From contig OX597827.1 in assembly GCA_951406725.2 (NCBI GenBank), positions 67,952,001 through 68,016,000 of the forward strand: 64,000 bases of DNA. The letters are read 5' to 3'. The position numbers were made by a program, and so were the translations under genes. The number at the start of each line of letters is the position of its first letter. Position 1 is the stretch's first letter. Below, in pieces: positions 1 to 12,270 of the stretch. The stretch comes from Octopus vulgaris (Eukaryota). The notes under the pieces are model-generated. The model was not told the DNA's origin and searched no databases. It saw only the letters and a program-made list of their open reading frames with translations.

Positions 1-545
1 GTGTGTGCGTATGCATGTATGTGCATGTGTGTATGCGTGTATGTGTGTGTTCGTGTGTGTGTATGTGTGTGTGTGCGTATGCATGTATGTGCATGTGTGT
101 ATGCGTGTATGTGTGTGTTCATGTGTGTGTATGTGTGTGCGTGCGTATGCATGTATGTGCATGTGTATGTGCATGTGTATGTGTGTATGCGTGTATGTGT
201 GTGTTCGTGTGTGTGTATGTGTGTGCGTGCGTATGCATGTATGTGCATGTGTGTATGCGTGTGTGCATGCGTGTATGTGTGCGTTCGTGTGTGTGTATGT
301 GTGTGTGTGCGTATGCATGTATGTGCATGTGTGTATGCGTGTGTGTATGCGTGTATGTGTGTGTTCGTGTGTGTGTGTGTGTGTGTGTTCGTATGCATGT
401 ATGTGCATGTGTGTATGCGTGTGTGTATGCGTGTATGTGTGTGTTCGTGTGTGTGTGTGTGTGTGTGTTCGTATGCATGTATGTGCATGTGTGTATGCGT
501 GTGTGTATGCGTGTATGTGTGTGTTCGTATGTGTGCATGTGCGCG
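1..545. repeat. Degenerate (TG)n microsatellite with higher-order ~60-70 bp periodicity
   Basis: Recurring block gcgtatgcatgtatgtgcatgtgtgtatgcgtgtatgtgtgtgttcgtg; ORFs here are poly-VC/HT artefacts. Confidence 0.95.
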
Positions 546-680
546 AGCGTTTAACTTAGAGGATCGGCACCAGAGAATGATAGAACGGTAAAAAAAAAAA
601 TATGTGCTTTGAATAAAACCTTACAAGGTGGTGTCCCAGCATGATCGCACCCTGATGAGTGAAATGATCTAATGATAAAA

Positions 681-1080
681 CAGGAGTGGCTGTGTGGTAA
701 GTAGCTTGTTTACCAACCACATGGTTCCGGGTTCAGTCCCACTGCGTGGCACCTTGGGCAAGTGTCTTCTACTATAGCCCCGGGCCGACCAAAGCCCTGT
801 GAGTGGATTTGGTAGACGGAAACTGAAAGAAGCCCGTCGTATATATGTATATATATATGTGAGTGTATGTGTGACTGTGTTTGTCCCCCTAGCATTGCTT
901 GACAACCGATGCTGGTGTGTTTATGTCCCCGTTACTTAGCGGTTCGGCAAAAGAGACCGATAGAATAAGTACTGGGCTTACAAAAGAATAAGTCCCGGGA
1001 TCGAATTGCTCGACTAAAAGGCGGTGCTCCAGCATGGCCGCAGTCAAATGACTGAAACAAGTAAAAGAGTAAAAGAGAGT
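681..1080 (+). mobile_element. SINE-A, full length (tRNA-like head, internal TA/TG microsatellite, LINE-derived tail)
   Basis: Box A-like TGGCTGTGTGG, box B-like GGTTCAGTCCC, tail ggcggtgctccagcatggccgcagtcaaatgactgaaacaagtaaaagag; about 30 similar copies or fragments in the window. Confidence 0.93.
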
Positions 1081-1113
1081 ATCCGAGAGGCGCAGTTGTT
1101 AATAAGACGAAAA

Positions 1114-1808
1114 GATAACTTTCTTTATCGGCCACACAGGGCTGAACACAGAGGGGACACATAGAAATGTAGAGCTTTTCTTTTCGAAAATAAAGAAGAA
1201 AAAGGGGGGAAAATAAGAGGAAAAAAAAGTAAAATTCCGATCAAAAGGGCTCGGGGAAAAAAAGCGATCAAAAGGGATCGTGTATCACAAGAAATTTCAA
1301 AAATGTAAGAAGATTAGGTTTATCCGTGGAACGAAAAGCCTACGGAAAAGACCACGGCAACCTCAGGCAGGCAGACAGGGAATAAACACGTGAGAGCAAA
1401 GTGTTCTCTCTCCCTCTCTTTTGATTTATAGGATCATGCTCAAAGTGGTTTCGTTGCTCGCACGCACCATCTTTGCTACATTCACCCACCTTTTTTTAAA
1501 CTTTCACGAGACAAAACCTGCCTCTCCATTCTCACTTTCCTTTTCAAGTGGTACTTGAAAAAGTTCATGAGCGATTGGCCAGAGAGGTAAGTAGTGTTTG
1601 TCTCTAATCCTTTCGCTCCAGTCCACTACGCACATTCTTTCACCATGGCCACCAGTAAGATGAAGACTGCCTTGCATTCCCAGCTGAGGGAAGGAGGCGG
1701 AGCAATTGTCACGATAGACTCGGTCGTCAGGTAGACTAGTCCCACACGTGACAAGTCGTTCGGCATAAGCCCACAGGTCCGTAACGGTTGGACACGGCAC
1801 GAGTGAGT
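1114..1808 (-). mobile_element. 5'-truncated L1/Tx1-like LINE 3' end (degraded ORF2 C-terminus plus 3'UTR)
   Basis: Minus strand reads [15 protein letters not shown]/..VFILLVAMVKECA*WT..FFKYHLKRKVRMERQVL..KKRWVNV with a frameshift and stop, resembling the end of the L1/Tx1 zinc knuckle and downstream K..W motif; 3'UTR recurs at 23025 and 54217. Confidence 0.6.
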
Positions 1809-2233
<425 letters not shown>

Positions 2234-2463
2234 GTAGTTAGGGCAATGCATAGCATACCACATGTATCTATTACGACTCTAACATTCAAATTCAAATTCG
2301 ACCAAGGTCATCGAATTTTCTTTAGGATTCACATCAGGAGGAGTTGAGCAGAATGGGCAGCTGTCAGAATATCACAAATGATCTTGCTCGGATCTGCATG
2401 CAAATGTGTCTAAGTGCATTGTTAATCCTGAGCCGACAATGGTCTGATACATTCAGAGATATG

Positions 2464-3200
2464 AAGGCGCGTGGCTTAGTGGTTAGGGCATTCGGCTCAC
2501 GTCAGTAACGTCGTGAGTTCAATTTTCGGCGTCGCAAGAGCAAGATATTTTATTTCCCGTTGCTCTAGTTCACTCAGCTGGCGAAAAATGAGCAGTATCT
2601 GCATTTCAAAGGGCCAGCCTTGTCGCACTCCGTGACATGCTGAATCTCCGTGAGAACTACGTTAAGGGTATACGTGTCTTTATACCCTTAACTGGCCGAA
2701 ACGTTTGCACGCCGGGCGAAATGCTTAGCGGTATTTCGTCTGCCGTTACGTTCTGAGTTCAAATTCCGCCGAGGTCGACTTTGCCTTTCATCCTTTCGGG
2801 GTCGATAAATTAAGTACCAGTTACGCGCTGGGGTCGATGTAATCGACTTAATCCGTTTGTCTGTCCTTGTTTGTCCCCTCTGTGTTTAGGCCCTTGTGGG
2901 TAGTAAAGAAATAGGTATTCCGTCTGCCGCTATATTCTGAGTTCAAATTCCGCCGAGGTCGACTTTCATCCTTTTGGGGTCGAAAAATAAAGTACCAGTT
3001 ACGCACTGGTGTCGATGTAATCGACTTAATCCGTTTGTCTGTCCTTGTTTGTCCTCTCTGTGTTTAGCCCCTTGTGGGTAGTAAAGAAATAGGTATACGT
3101 GTCTGTGGAGTGGTCAGCCACATGCACGTTAATTTCACAAGCAGGCTGTTCCGTTAATCGGATCAGCTGGAACCCTCGTCGTCGTAACCGACGGAGTCCC
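2464..3200 (+). mobile_element. SINE-C (tRNA head) interrupted by a SINE-B insertion
   Basis: ggcgcgTGGCTTAGTGGttaggg..gtGAGTTCAATT head; body gagcaagatattttatttcccgttgctctagttcactcagctg shared with 50017-50320(-); resumes after 13-bp TSD ggtatacgtgtct (2667-2679 / 3092-3104). Confidence 0.85.
2693..3091 (+). mobile_element. SINE-B with tandem duplicated ~180-bp 3' part
   Basis: ctggccgaaacgtt..gagttcaaattccgccgaggtcgactttgcctttcatcctttcggggtcgataaattaagtaccag..gtaaagaaata; second unit 2912-3091. The core resembles the Meta/MESC SINE domain (from recall, unverified). Confidence 0.9.
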
Positions 3201-3494
3201 AGTTTAGTTTATGCATGTACCCACATATATTCTTACACACATACACAAGCAAACATACAAAGCACTGTTCGCTCTCCCGGCACAACTACGTGACAATACA
3301 AAATACAGAAGTGAAGCGAATGATTTGCTTGAAACGACAGCCAAATTTCCCTCATTTAGCACTGCACCGTATTAGAAAAAGGACACGTTGGATAATACTC
3401 CCGAGCTCCCTGTAACTTGGAAAAGACGTGATGGTCACGGCTGGTATGCCTTTGATCATAATCCTGCTCTGCTCAAGCAGGACTGAGCTAAACG

Positions 3495-3633
3495 TAAACA
3501 CCACCACTACCAACAACAACAACAATAACAGTTACAACAACAACAACAACAACCACTGCTACTACTACTACTACTGCTACTGCTACTACTCCCCACTGTT
3601 GCTGCTGCTGCTTGTTTGTTTGTTTGTTTGTTT
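3495..3633. repeat. (CAA)n/(CTA)n/(TTTG)n compound microsatellite
   Basis: Direct reading. Confidence 0.9.
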
Positions 3634-4003
3634 GTTGAGCGAAGCGGTCTTCGTCCCATTTGTCCTGTAGTGGGAGAAGTCCCGAAACGTGGTCCTTTGC
3701 TATTCGTAAGACCCGCAGAAGAGAGAAAGCAGGCCACCCCCCCCCCCCCCCCCGACACCGAGAGCATCGACGGATGGATGAATGCGCATCCAGGCTCAGC
3801 GGTTGCGTAGGAAGTCGGGGACGAGAAACAGGAAGAAAAAGTGAGAGAAAGTTGAAGCGAAAGAGCACAACAGGGGTCGCCCCCCCCCCCCTGCCGGAGC
3901 CTCGTGGAGCTTTTAGGTGTTTTCGCTCAATAAACACACACAACGCCTGGTCTGGGAATCGAAACCGCGAGTCCGCTGCCCTAACCATTGGGCCATTGCG
4001 CCT
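3630..4003 (-). mobile_element. SINE-D (tRNA-derived head), tail type 1
   Basis: Minus strand ggcgcaaTGGCCCAATGGttagggcagcggactcgcggtttcgattcc; body tttattgagcgaaaacacctaaaagctccacg shared with 44261-44556; ends in (CAAA)n. Confidence 0.8.
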
Positions 4004-4004
4004 C

Positions 4005-4197
<193 letters not shown>

Positions 4198-4304
4198 ATT
4201 GACTAATTGTGTGCAGTTTAAAGAAATAGATTTCTTGAGGGTCTACTCTCAGTGAAGAGGAAAAGGGGACAACTGAGCTAGTATGAATTTTTCTTACACT
4301 TTCT

Positions 4305-4415
4305 TGCTGTCTGGCTTGCTGGCTGGCCGTCTGGTTTGCTGGCCGTCTGGCTTGCTGGCCGTCAGGCTTGCTGGTCGTTTGGCTTGCTGGCCGTCTGGCT
4401 TGCTGGCTGCTTAGG
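4305..4415. repeat. 16-bp GC-rich minisatellite (ctggcttgctggccgt), about 6 copies
   Basis: Direct reading of tandem units with point variants. Confidence 0.85.
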
Positions 4416-4919
4416 TTTGCATGTGTTACGGTATGTGCTAATTAAAACATGATTAGAGACGTAGTCGTACCTCCGTGTGCTATCGACAGTGGCCAGCCGA
4501 AATGGGGTAAAAAAAAATTCTGGGAGTTAGCACAAGTTTGTGAAAATACATAAATACATAACAGCCATGGCTTAACCGGAAGTGTATCGTATGGCAATTA
4601 CTCTTAAGCCCTTCATACATCAATCCCCGGCCCCTGCTTCACCCAAAACACCTAAAGCCATTATTACAACACTGCAGCCCATTTTACAACTGTAGCTAGC
4701 TATCCCCTCATACACAGTACCACGTCTACCAGTGTAGACATATGCTTGCTTCGTACGTATTCGTACGTATTCGTACGTACACGAAACGGCGTCCATCTTG
4801 TCCGGTGTTGACATGGTTGCAGCGCTTTTAGAACAAGAGAAGTGTGAATATATGAGGTGTATAGATGTGTTCAGAGAGTATGTGTACAGTTTGAAATATA
4901 GAGAATATGGTGTGTGTGC

Positions 4920-4970
<51 letters not shown>

Positions 4971-5153
4971 GTGTGTGTGAATTGTGTGCAGAAAGTGCAC
5001 ATAAATATGTCATCGTATGGAGTTTCTGGGTATAACTAACAAGTCTCACTCATTCCCCCATTTAGTCGCAGAGGAGTGATCGGAGGAAACAGGATCTGCA
5101 TTTTGCGAGATATTGTAGGTATGTGTATGTATGTGTGTATGTATATATATATG

Positions 5154-5236
<83 letters not shown>

Positions 5237-5290
5237 ATATTATTAGAGACAAAACCACTATTTTGCAAAACAAACAAGGAAAGACTTAAT

Positions 5291-5343
<53 letters not shown>

Positions 5344-5661
5344 TCCACGCAAACATACACATACATGCATTGATACACACATATGCACCTCCACACATAT
5401 ATGTATGTGTGTGTGTGTGCATGTGTGTGTATGTGTGTGTGTGCGTACGTGAGTGCGTGTGTGTTTATATATACACATTCATATATATATATATACATAC
5501 ATATATAAGTACACATATATGCGTATCAACATCTATGCATATATATATGTGTTTATATATATATATATATTTATAGAGAGAGAGAGAAATTCAGGGTGAG
5601 TACTTGATAATATACATACATACTTGATATACATACATACATACATACATACAAACACACA

Positions 5662-5736
<75 letters not shown>

Positions 5737-5750
5737 CATACATACATACA

Positions 5751-5785
<35 letters not shown>

Positions 5786-5939
5786 GTATGTATGTTTGCA
5801 TGTAATTATGTAAGTGTAGATATTCTTGGTTTTATATTTCGAATTTCCCACCAATGGGAAAAAGAGTCGATTTCTAGCGTAGAGACAAAACTCTTATTGT
5901 TGGAATTTAGTCAACATCAAACAGAGTGAGTATATATAT

Positions 5940-6085
5940 GTGTAGACATACTTTTCTACCAAATTCTGAACCGTTCCTTCAACGGGTTTCCTAGTGCTGG
6001 CTGAGACATTGAGACAGTCTTGTCCAGGCTAATGTTGAGTCCAAATGCTTTGCATGATGCCGAAATATGATCCATAAACATGATG
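5940..6085 (-). mobile_element. RTE-clade LINE reverse transcriptase fragment
   Basis: Minus strand MDHISASCKAFGLNISLDKTVSMSQPALGNP fits the post-YADD 'C..FGL.IS..KT..M.Q' pattern of RTE RTs. Confidence 0.65.
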
Positions 6086-6094
6086 CAGAAATAT

Positions 6095-6695
6095 GGCGGG
6101 GCGAGCAGGCAGATTCCTTAGCTCGCCGGGCTAGACCGAGGGGACAAACAAGGACAGACAAAGGGATTAAGTCGATTGCATTGACCCCAGTGCGTAACTG
6201 GTGCTTAAATTATCGACCCCGAAAGGATGAAAGGTAAAGTCGACCACGGCGGGATTTGAACTCAGAACGTAAAGACAGACGAAATACCTGTTTCTTTACT
6301 ACCTACAAGGGGCTAAACACAGAGAGGACAGACAAAGGGATTAAGTCGATTGCATCGACCCCAGTGCGTAACTGGTACTTAATTTATCGACCTCAAAAGG
6401 ATGAAAGGCAAAGTCGACCTCGGCGGAATTTCAACTCAGAACGTAACTACAGATGAAATACCTGTTTCTTTACTACCCACAAGGGGCTAAACACAGAGAG
6501 GACAAGCAAGGGCAGACAAACGGATTAAGTCGATTACATCGACCCCAGTGTTCTACTGGTACTTAATTTATCGACCCCGAAAGGATGAAAAGCAAAGTCG
6601 AGCTCGGCGGAATTTGAAATCAGAACCTAACGGCAGACGAAATAGGGCTACGCATTTCGCCCGGCGTGTTAACGTTTCTGCCAGGTCGCCGCCAC
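6095..6695 (-). mobile_element. SINE-B tandem trimer
   Basis: Three head-to-tail units joined at agtaaagaaaca|ggtatttc on the minus strand; head at about 6690. Confidence 0.9.
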
Positions 6696-6714
6696 TCAGC
6701 CATGTAAGGAATTA

Positions 6715-6779
6715 TGGTATGTGTCTCTATGTGTGCATGTGTGTGTATGTGGGTGTGTGTGCTGCGTGTGTGTGAATGT

Positions 6780-6822
<43 letters not shown>

Positions 6823-7231
6823 GGGCGGTTGTGTGAGTGTGTCTGAGTGTGAGAGTGTCTGAGTGTGTGTGTGTCTGTGTTGTGAGTGAGCGTTTTTGTT
6901 TGTGTGTGAGTGTGTGTGTGAGTGTGTATGTAAGTGTGTGTGTTTGCGTGTGTGAGTGTGTGCGCTTGCATGAGTGTGATTATGTGTGAGTGAGAGTATG
7001 TGTGAGTGTATGAGTGTGTGAGTGTGTGTGTATGTATGAGCATTTGTATGTGTGTGTGTGTTAGAGCATTTGTGTGTGCGAGTGTGTGAGTGTGTGTGTA
7101 TGTTTGAGCATTTGTATGTGTGTGTCTTAGAGCATTTGTGTGTGTGAGTATGTGTGTGTGAGTGTCCGTGTGTGAGTGTGTGTTTGTGCGTGTGTGTCCG
7201 TGTGTGAGTGTGTGTTTGTGCGTGTGTGTCC

Positions 7232-7288
<57 letters not shown>

Positions 7289-7385
7289 TATGTGTATTTG
7301 TGAGTGTTTGCGTGTGTGTGTTTGTGAGTGTGTATGTTTGAGCGTTTGTGTGTGGTGTGTATGCGTCTGCTTGCGTGCGTGTATG
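6715..7385. repeat. Degenerate (TG)n/(TGAG) array
   Basis: Direct reading. Confidence 0.92.
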
Positions 7386-7649
7386 TACGTGATCACAGCA
7401 ATTTTTCCTTCATATAAACATTGTTAAAGAACTGAAATGCTTGTTAAAAAGGAAATGAAAATAAAACGATAAGATAAAATGAAGGAAACGAAAAGAAAGT
7501 TCGTCAAAATGTACAGTTTGTACAAATGTTTTAATTCCCAGTCGGCTATTTGTCACCATATTACTGTCAGGGGATTGTATACAACCGTACCCGTTCAGAT
7601 ATATTATTTGACTGGGGAACGTTCTCGCATGAAATACCATCTTTGTACA

Positions 7650-8480
7650 CATGTATGTATGTATGTATGTTTGCATGTATGTATGTATGTATGTATGTAT
7701 GTATGTATGTATGTATGTATGTATGTATGTATGTGTGTACGTACGTGTGTATGTATTACGTATGTATGTACGTACGTGTGTATGTATTACGTATGTATGT
7801 ATGTATGTATGTATGTATGTATGTATGTATGTGTGTGTGTATGTATGTATGTATGTATGTATGTACTATGTACGTAGGCATGTATGTATGTATGTACGTA
7901 TGTATGTATCTATGTATGTACGTATGTACGCATGTATGTATGTACGTACGTATGTGTGTATGTGCGTACGTATGTATGTATATATCTATGTATGTACGTA
8001 TGTATGTACGTACGTATGTATTTATGTATGTATTACGTATATGTGTATGTATATATGTATGTATCTAAGTACGTACGCATGTATGTATGTATGTGCGTAC
8101 GTACGTATGTATGTAGTAGGTGTGTATGTATGTATCTATGTATGTACGTACGTATGTATGTGCGTTCGTACGTATGTATGTACGTACATATGTATGTATG
8201 TACGTACGTATGTATGAATGTACGTATGTATGTATGTATGTATGTATGTGCGTACGTATGTATGTATGTATGTACGTACGTATGTATGTACGTACGTACG
8301 TATGTTTGAATGTACGTATGTATATATGTATGTGCTTACGTACGTATATATGTATGTACGTACGTATGTATGCATGTATGTACGTACGTATGTATGTGCG
8401 TACGTACGTATCTTTGTATGTGCGTACGTATGTATGTATGTACGTATATATGTATGCATGCATGTATGTATGTATGAACG
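7650..8480. repeat. (TATG)n/(TACG)n tetranucleotide array
   Basis: Direct reading. Confidence 0.95.
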
Positions 8481-8695
8481 TTTGGGTCTATGGGTGTATG
8501 CATGTGTGTATAAGTGTCTATGCATGTAAATATGAGTGTGTATGTAAGCGTGCATATATATGTGGAAATAAATGTGCAAATGAATCGATGTGAGTATATG
8601 TGCTCAGATGGGCTTGTGTATATGTATTGCGTGCGCATGTTTTTTTTTATATATGGATGCGTAGATATGTGTAGACATACGCACACAAACCTATG

Positions 8696-9188
8696 TACGA
8701 GGAGCGTTCAAAACGTATCCGATTCCAGTTTTCCCGCCAAAACTAATGTCAGGTTGGCAAAATCTTTTCTGCGCTTGCGAGAAAATGTTCGTGACGGTAG
8801 GCCACGTCAGTTCCCCGCTGCTGCGCCTAGTGTTCAGACGTCTTGCGCGCGCCCGACGGACTTTCGATTCTACCGTACGCAATTTAGAGATATTACTCTA
8901 AATTTTGCCAAAAGCTTGGTGATACTCAAGCTCAAACCATCCAGAAGATTCGACGGGCCCTTGTCGATGATGCCATGGGAAAAACTCAGATCAGAGGGTG
9001 GGACAACCGCTCCAAACATGACTGCACTTCAGTGGAAAGATCGGAACCATCAAGGAGGCGAGCCCCAAATCGAAACGAGGAGACAATCGAGAATGTTCGG
9101 TGAATAATCATAGAAGACCGTCGTGTAAAAATCCAGGAAATTGAACGAGAAGTGAGAATAAGCAGAGGATCAGTCCGTTCCATTTTAT
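8696..9188 (+). mobile_element. Mariner transposon 5' part (TIR plus degraded HTH DNA-binding domain)
   Basis: TAcgaggagcgttcaaaacgtatccg TIR-like start; ..NFCQKLGDTQAQT..DDAMGKTQIRGW..NEETIENVR*IIIEDRRVKIQEIEREVRISRGSVRSIL with stops and frameshifts. Confidence 0.8.
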
Positions 9189-9612
9189 GCAGTGTCGTCC
9201 CGTTCTAGCATTGGTGTAGCTTACAATGCCAAAATTTGGCACAATTCCTTCGAGGATCTTCCAGACATATATTACTGCATACCTCTCCCGTCTTCTCTCC
9301 AGGGAGTAGAGTCTTAGCTGTTTCAACCTTTCCTAGTAGCTGAGCTGTTGCAAAGAGATGATCTTCTTTGTGAATCTTCTCTGGATTGCTTCAAGGTCCG
9401 CTGTTAATTTTGCACTGGTGGGTGACCATAGCTGTGAGCAGTAATCCAGGCGACTGAGGACGAATGTCCGCCAGAGGACCATCATGGTTTCCTTATCTCT
9501 GGTTCTGAATGTTCTTAGGATCCACCCAGCCAGTCGTCTGCACTTTGTCGCCATCCTGGTAAGATGCACTTGGAAAGAGGTATCATCACTCATGTCGATA
9601 CCCAGGTCCCTC
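9189..9612 (-). mobile_element. CR1/L2-group LINE ORF2 fragment (post-RT region)
   Basis: RDLGIDMS..GWILRTFRTRDKETMMVLWRTFVLSRLDYCSQLWSP..LEAIQRRFTK..SY*ERLKQLRLYSLERRRERY..WKILEGIVPN: typical CR1-group C-terminal motifs. Confidence 0.9.
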
Positions 9613-9651
<39 letters not shown>

Positions 9652-9850
9652 CACATACATACTGACTTATAGTGACGAACACAATTCCTCCATGTGATCG
9701 GTTTGAAAATTCTTAAGATATTAAGATATTTTCCTTAACATGAAACTAATTGTATCCTTCATACACACACACACACACACACAAACACACGCACACACAT
9801 ATACATGTATATATATATATACATATTCATACATACATATATATATACAT

Positions 9851-9883
<33 letters not shown>

Positions 9884-10554
9884 CGTGTGTGTTTATATAT
9901 ATATACATGCAAACTTGTAAATATACATATATAGATGCATTTTAATACATACACAGTCATATACATACAATCAAACATACATACATACATAGATACATAC
10001 ATACACACATACATACATACATACATACATACATACATACAAACATACATACATACATACATGCATACATACATGCATACATAATAGTGTTGAATAGAAG
10101 GCCCCACATAACCAGCAGCTTCCCCGCTTCCCCCTCAAATATCTACAGAATACTATCTTCCTGCGAGACATAATAACCTTGTTGACAAGACTGTTTACAA
10201 TACCGCGCGGTGGTTCGTCTTGCCGTTAAGACCAACCAAAAGCATCTCAGAACCAAAATGCATCAACACTTTTAAGAATTTAGGAATGTTGGGTCTAACA
10301 TTCTTGTAAAAACAACAATCAGGTACAACACAACAGTCTTTGTATTGTTTTAGGGGACGATTATAACAATGGGCTATTGTTGCGGAGGTCAACAGACAAG
10401 TGAATATGAACGTCGTGACTTCAGTTGTGAATTTATTTTTCGATAACTTTGGACGAAATGTTTCTCCTGTCTTTGGTTTATAACCGCAGCGACTAGATCT
10501 CTTGTGTGGGGCTATAGCACTTTATCGGTACTTTTAAGTAAGCTTTATATGCTT

Positions 10555-10920
10555 ACTTACTTTTAATTGTTTCAGGCATTTGATTGTGGTCATTCTGGGG
10601 CATCGCCTTTAGTCGAACAAATTGACCCCAGGACTTATTCTTTGTAAGTCTAGTACTTATTCTATCGGTTTCTTTTGCCGAACTGCTAAGTTACGGGGAC
10701 GTAAACACACCAGCATCGGTTGTCAAGCGATGTTGGGGAGACAAACACAGACACACATACATACATATATATACATATATGACGGGCTTCTTTCAGCTTC
10801 CGTCTACCAAATAATCCACTCACAAGGCTTTGGTCTTTCACAAGGTGCCTCGCAATGGGACTGATCCCGGAACCATGTGGTTCGTAAGCAAGCTACTTAC
10901 CACACAGCCACTCCTACGCA
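10555..10920 (-). mobile_element. SINE-A, near full length with internal deletion
   Basis: Reverse complement of 681-1080. Confidence 0.9.
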
Positions 10921-10949
10921 TATATGAAGAGCTTTACATAAATAGTTAG

Positions 10950-11570
10950 AAATATTGATTTTAAATTTTGGCCCAAGGCCAGCAGTTGCGAGAGAGGGGG
11001 CTAAGTCGATTATATCGACCCCAGTGTTCAACTGGTACTTGTTTCATCGACCCCGAAACGATGAAAGGCAAAGTCGACCACGACAGAATTTGAACTCAGA
11101 ACGTGAGAACGGACGAATTGCCTCTAAGCAGTTCGCCCTGTGTGATGTAAAATATTGATTTCAAATTTTGGCACAAGGCCAGCAATTTCAGGGAGTAGGC
11201 AAGTTGATTACATCGACCTCAGTGTCTGACTGATATTTATTTTATCGATCCAGAAAGGGTGAAGTGTGAAGTGAACCTCGGTGGAGTTTGAACTAAGAAT
11301 GTGAAAACGGATGAAATAGTGCTAAGCATTTGGCTTGGCGCGCTATGAAATAATGATTTGAAATTTTGGCATAATAAGGCCGGCAATTCCGGGGGTGGTG
11401 TTAAGTCGATTACATCGATCCAAAGTGCTCAACTAGTACTTATTTAATCGACCCCGAAAGGATGAAAGACAAAGTCGACCTTGGTGGGATTTGAGCTCAG
11501 AAAGTAAAGACAGACGGAATACCGCTAAGCATTTCGTCCAGCTGCGCAAACGATTCTGCCGGTCGCCGCC
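10950..11570 (-). mobile_element. Three diverged head-to-tail SINE-B-related units
   Basis: Repeated aaattttggc(a/c)caaggccagca..tcgattacatcgacc..tcgaccccgaaa..aagtcgacc..gaactcagaa..gctaagcatt. Confidence 0.8.
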
Positions 11571-11574
11571 TAAA

Positions 11575-12085
11575 TACCTGGAAATATTGGTGACTTTTCC
11601 TGCTACGCCAGGAAAATTACAGCAACGAAAAAAAGCTGATATTCTGGGAAAGATTGAAAGAATTACGACTCCAATCCGTGAAGCGAAGACGGGATAGGTA
11701 TGTGATGATATAAATATGGAAGATCCTAGAGGGGCTGAACCCAAATTTTGGCAACGAGGGTTATACCAGCAGCCGAACAGGACGCCACTGCAATGTTCCA
11801 AAGGTCCTGCTCATCCCGTCTAGAGTAAGAACCTATTAGTGCAATAGCTCGGGGCCCAAATCCCACAGCTATTTTATATCATGCCAAAATAAAACAGGGA
11901 TCTACATGGAATGGGAGGTAAAAGTTTTCAAGAATCATATCGAACTCAAAAGAAGGACAACAATATCAAACTACTTCATTCACCAAAAGCCAACCACATG
12001 AATATGGCCAGTAAAAAGGTGATGATATAGGTTGTGTTCCAGCATGGCCACAGCCTTTGGGTTGGAGCGCGTAAAAGAATAAAGG
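11575..12085 (+). mobile_element. CR1/L2-group LINE 3' end (same group as 9189-9612)
   Basis: WERLKELRLQSVKRRRDRYVMI*IWKILEGLNPNFGNEGYTSSRTGRHCNVPK; ends in gtgttccagcatggccacagcctttgggttgg..gtaaaagaataaag, matching the SINE-A tail. Confidence 0.8.
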
Positions 12086-12119
12086 AATTTATTTTATGCT
12101 ATTTTTCAAGATAACCTTT

Positions 12120-12241
12120 CTTTCAGTCATTTGACTGCGGCCATGCAGGAGCACCGCCTTTAGCCGAACAAATCGACCCCAAGACTTATTTTTTGTAAGC
12201 CTGGTACTTATTCTATCAGTCTCTTTTACCGAACCGCTAAG
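12120..12241 (-). mobile_element. SINE-A 3' fragment
   Basis: tttcagtcatttgactgcggccatgc..ccgaaccgctaag. Confidence 0.85.
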
Positions 12242-12270
12242 TATATATATATATAGGACTATATATATAG

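Noticed and set aside
669-1162. Recurring peptides such as '[20 protein letters not shown]' and 'FDCGHAGAPP'
   Set aside because: Incidental translations of SINE-A copies, not a gene family.
2290-2460. RTE C-terminal zinc-finger remnant (SGLTMHL on the minus strand)
   Set aside because: Too short and frameshifted to support a call.
8514-9107. 197-aa ORF as a gene
   Set aside because: Runs from a microsatellite through an off-frame reading of a decayed mariner.
10195-10392. THAP-like 'CCVVPDC' ORF on the minus strand
   Set aside because: The remaining THAP residues (W, C..HF) cannot be placed in frame; insufficient support.
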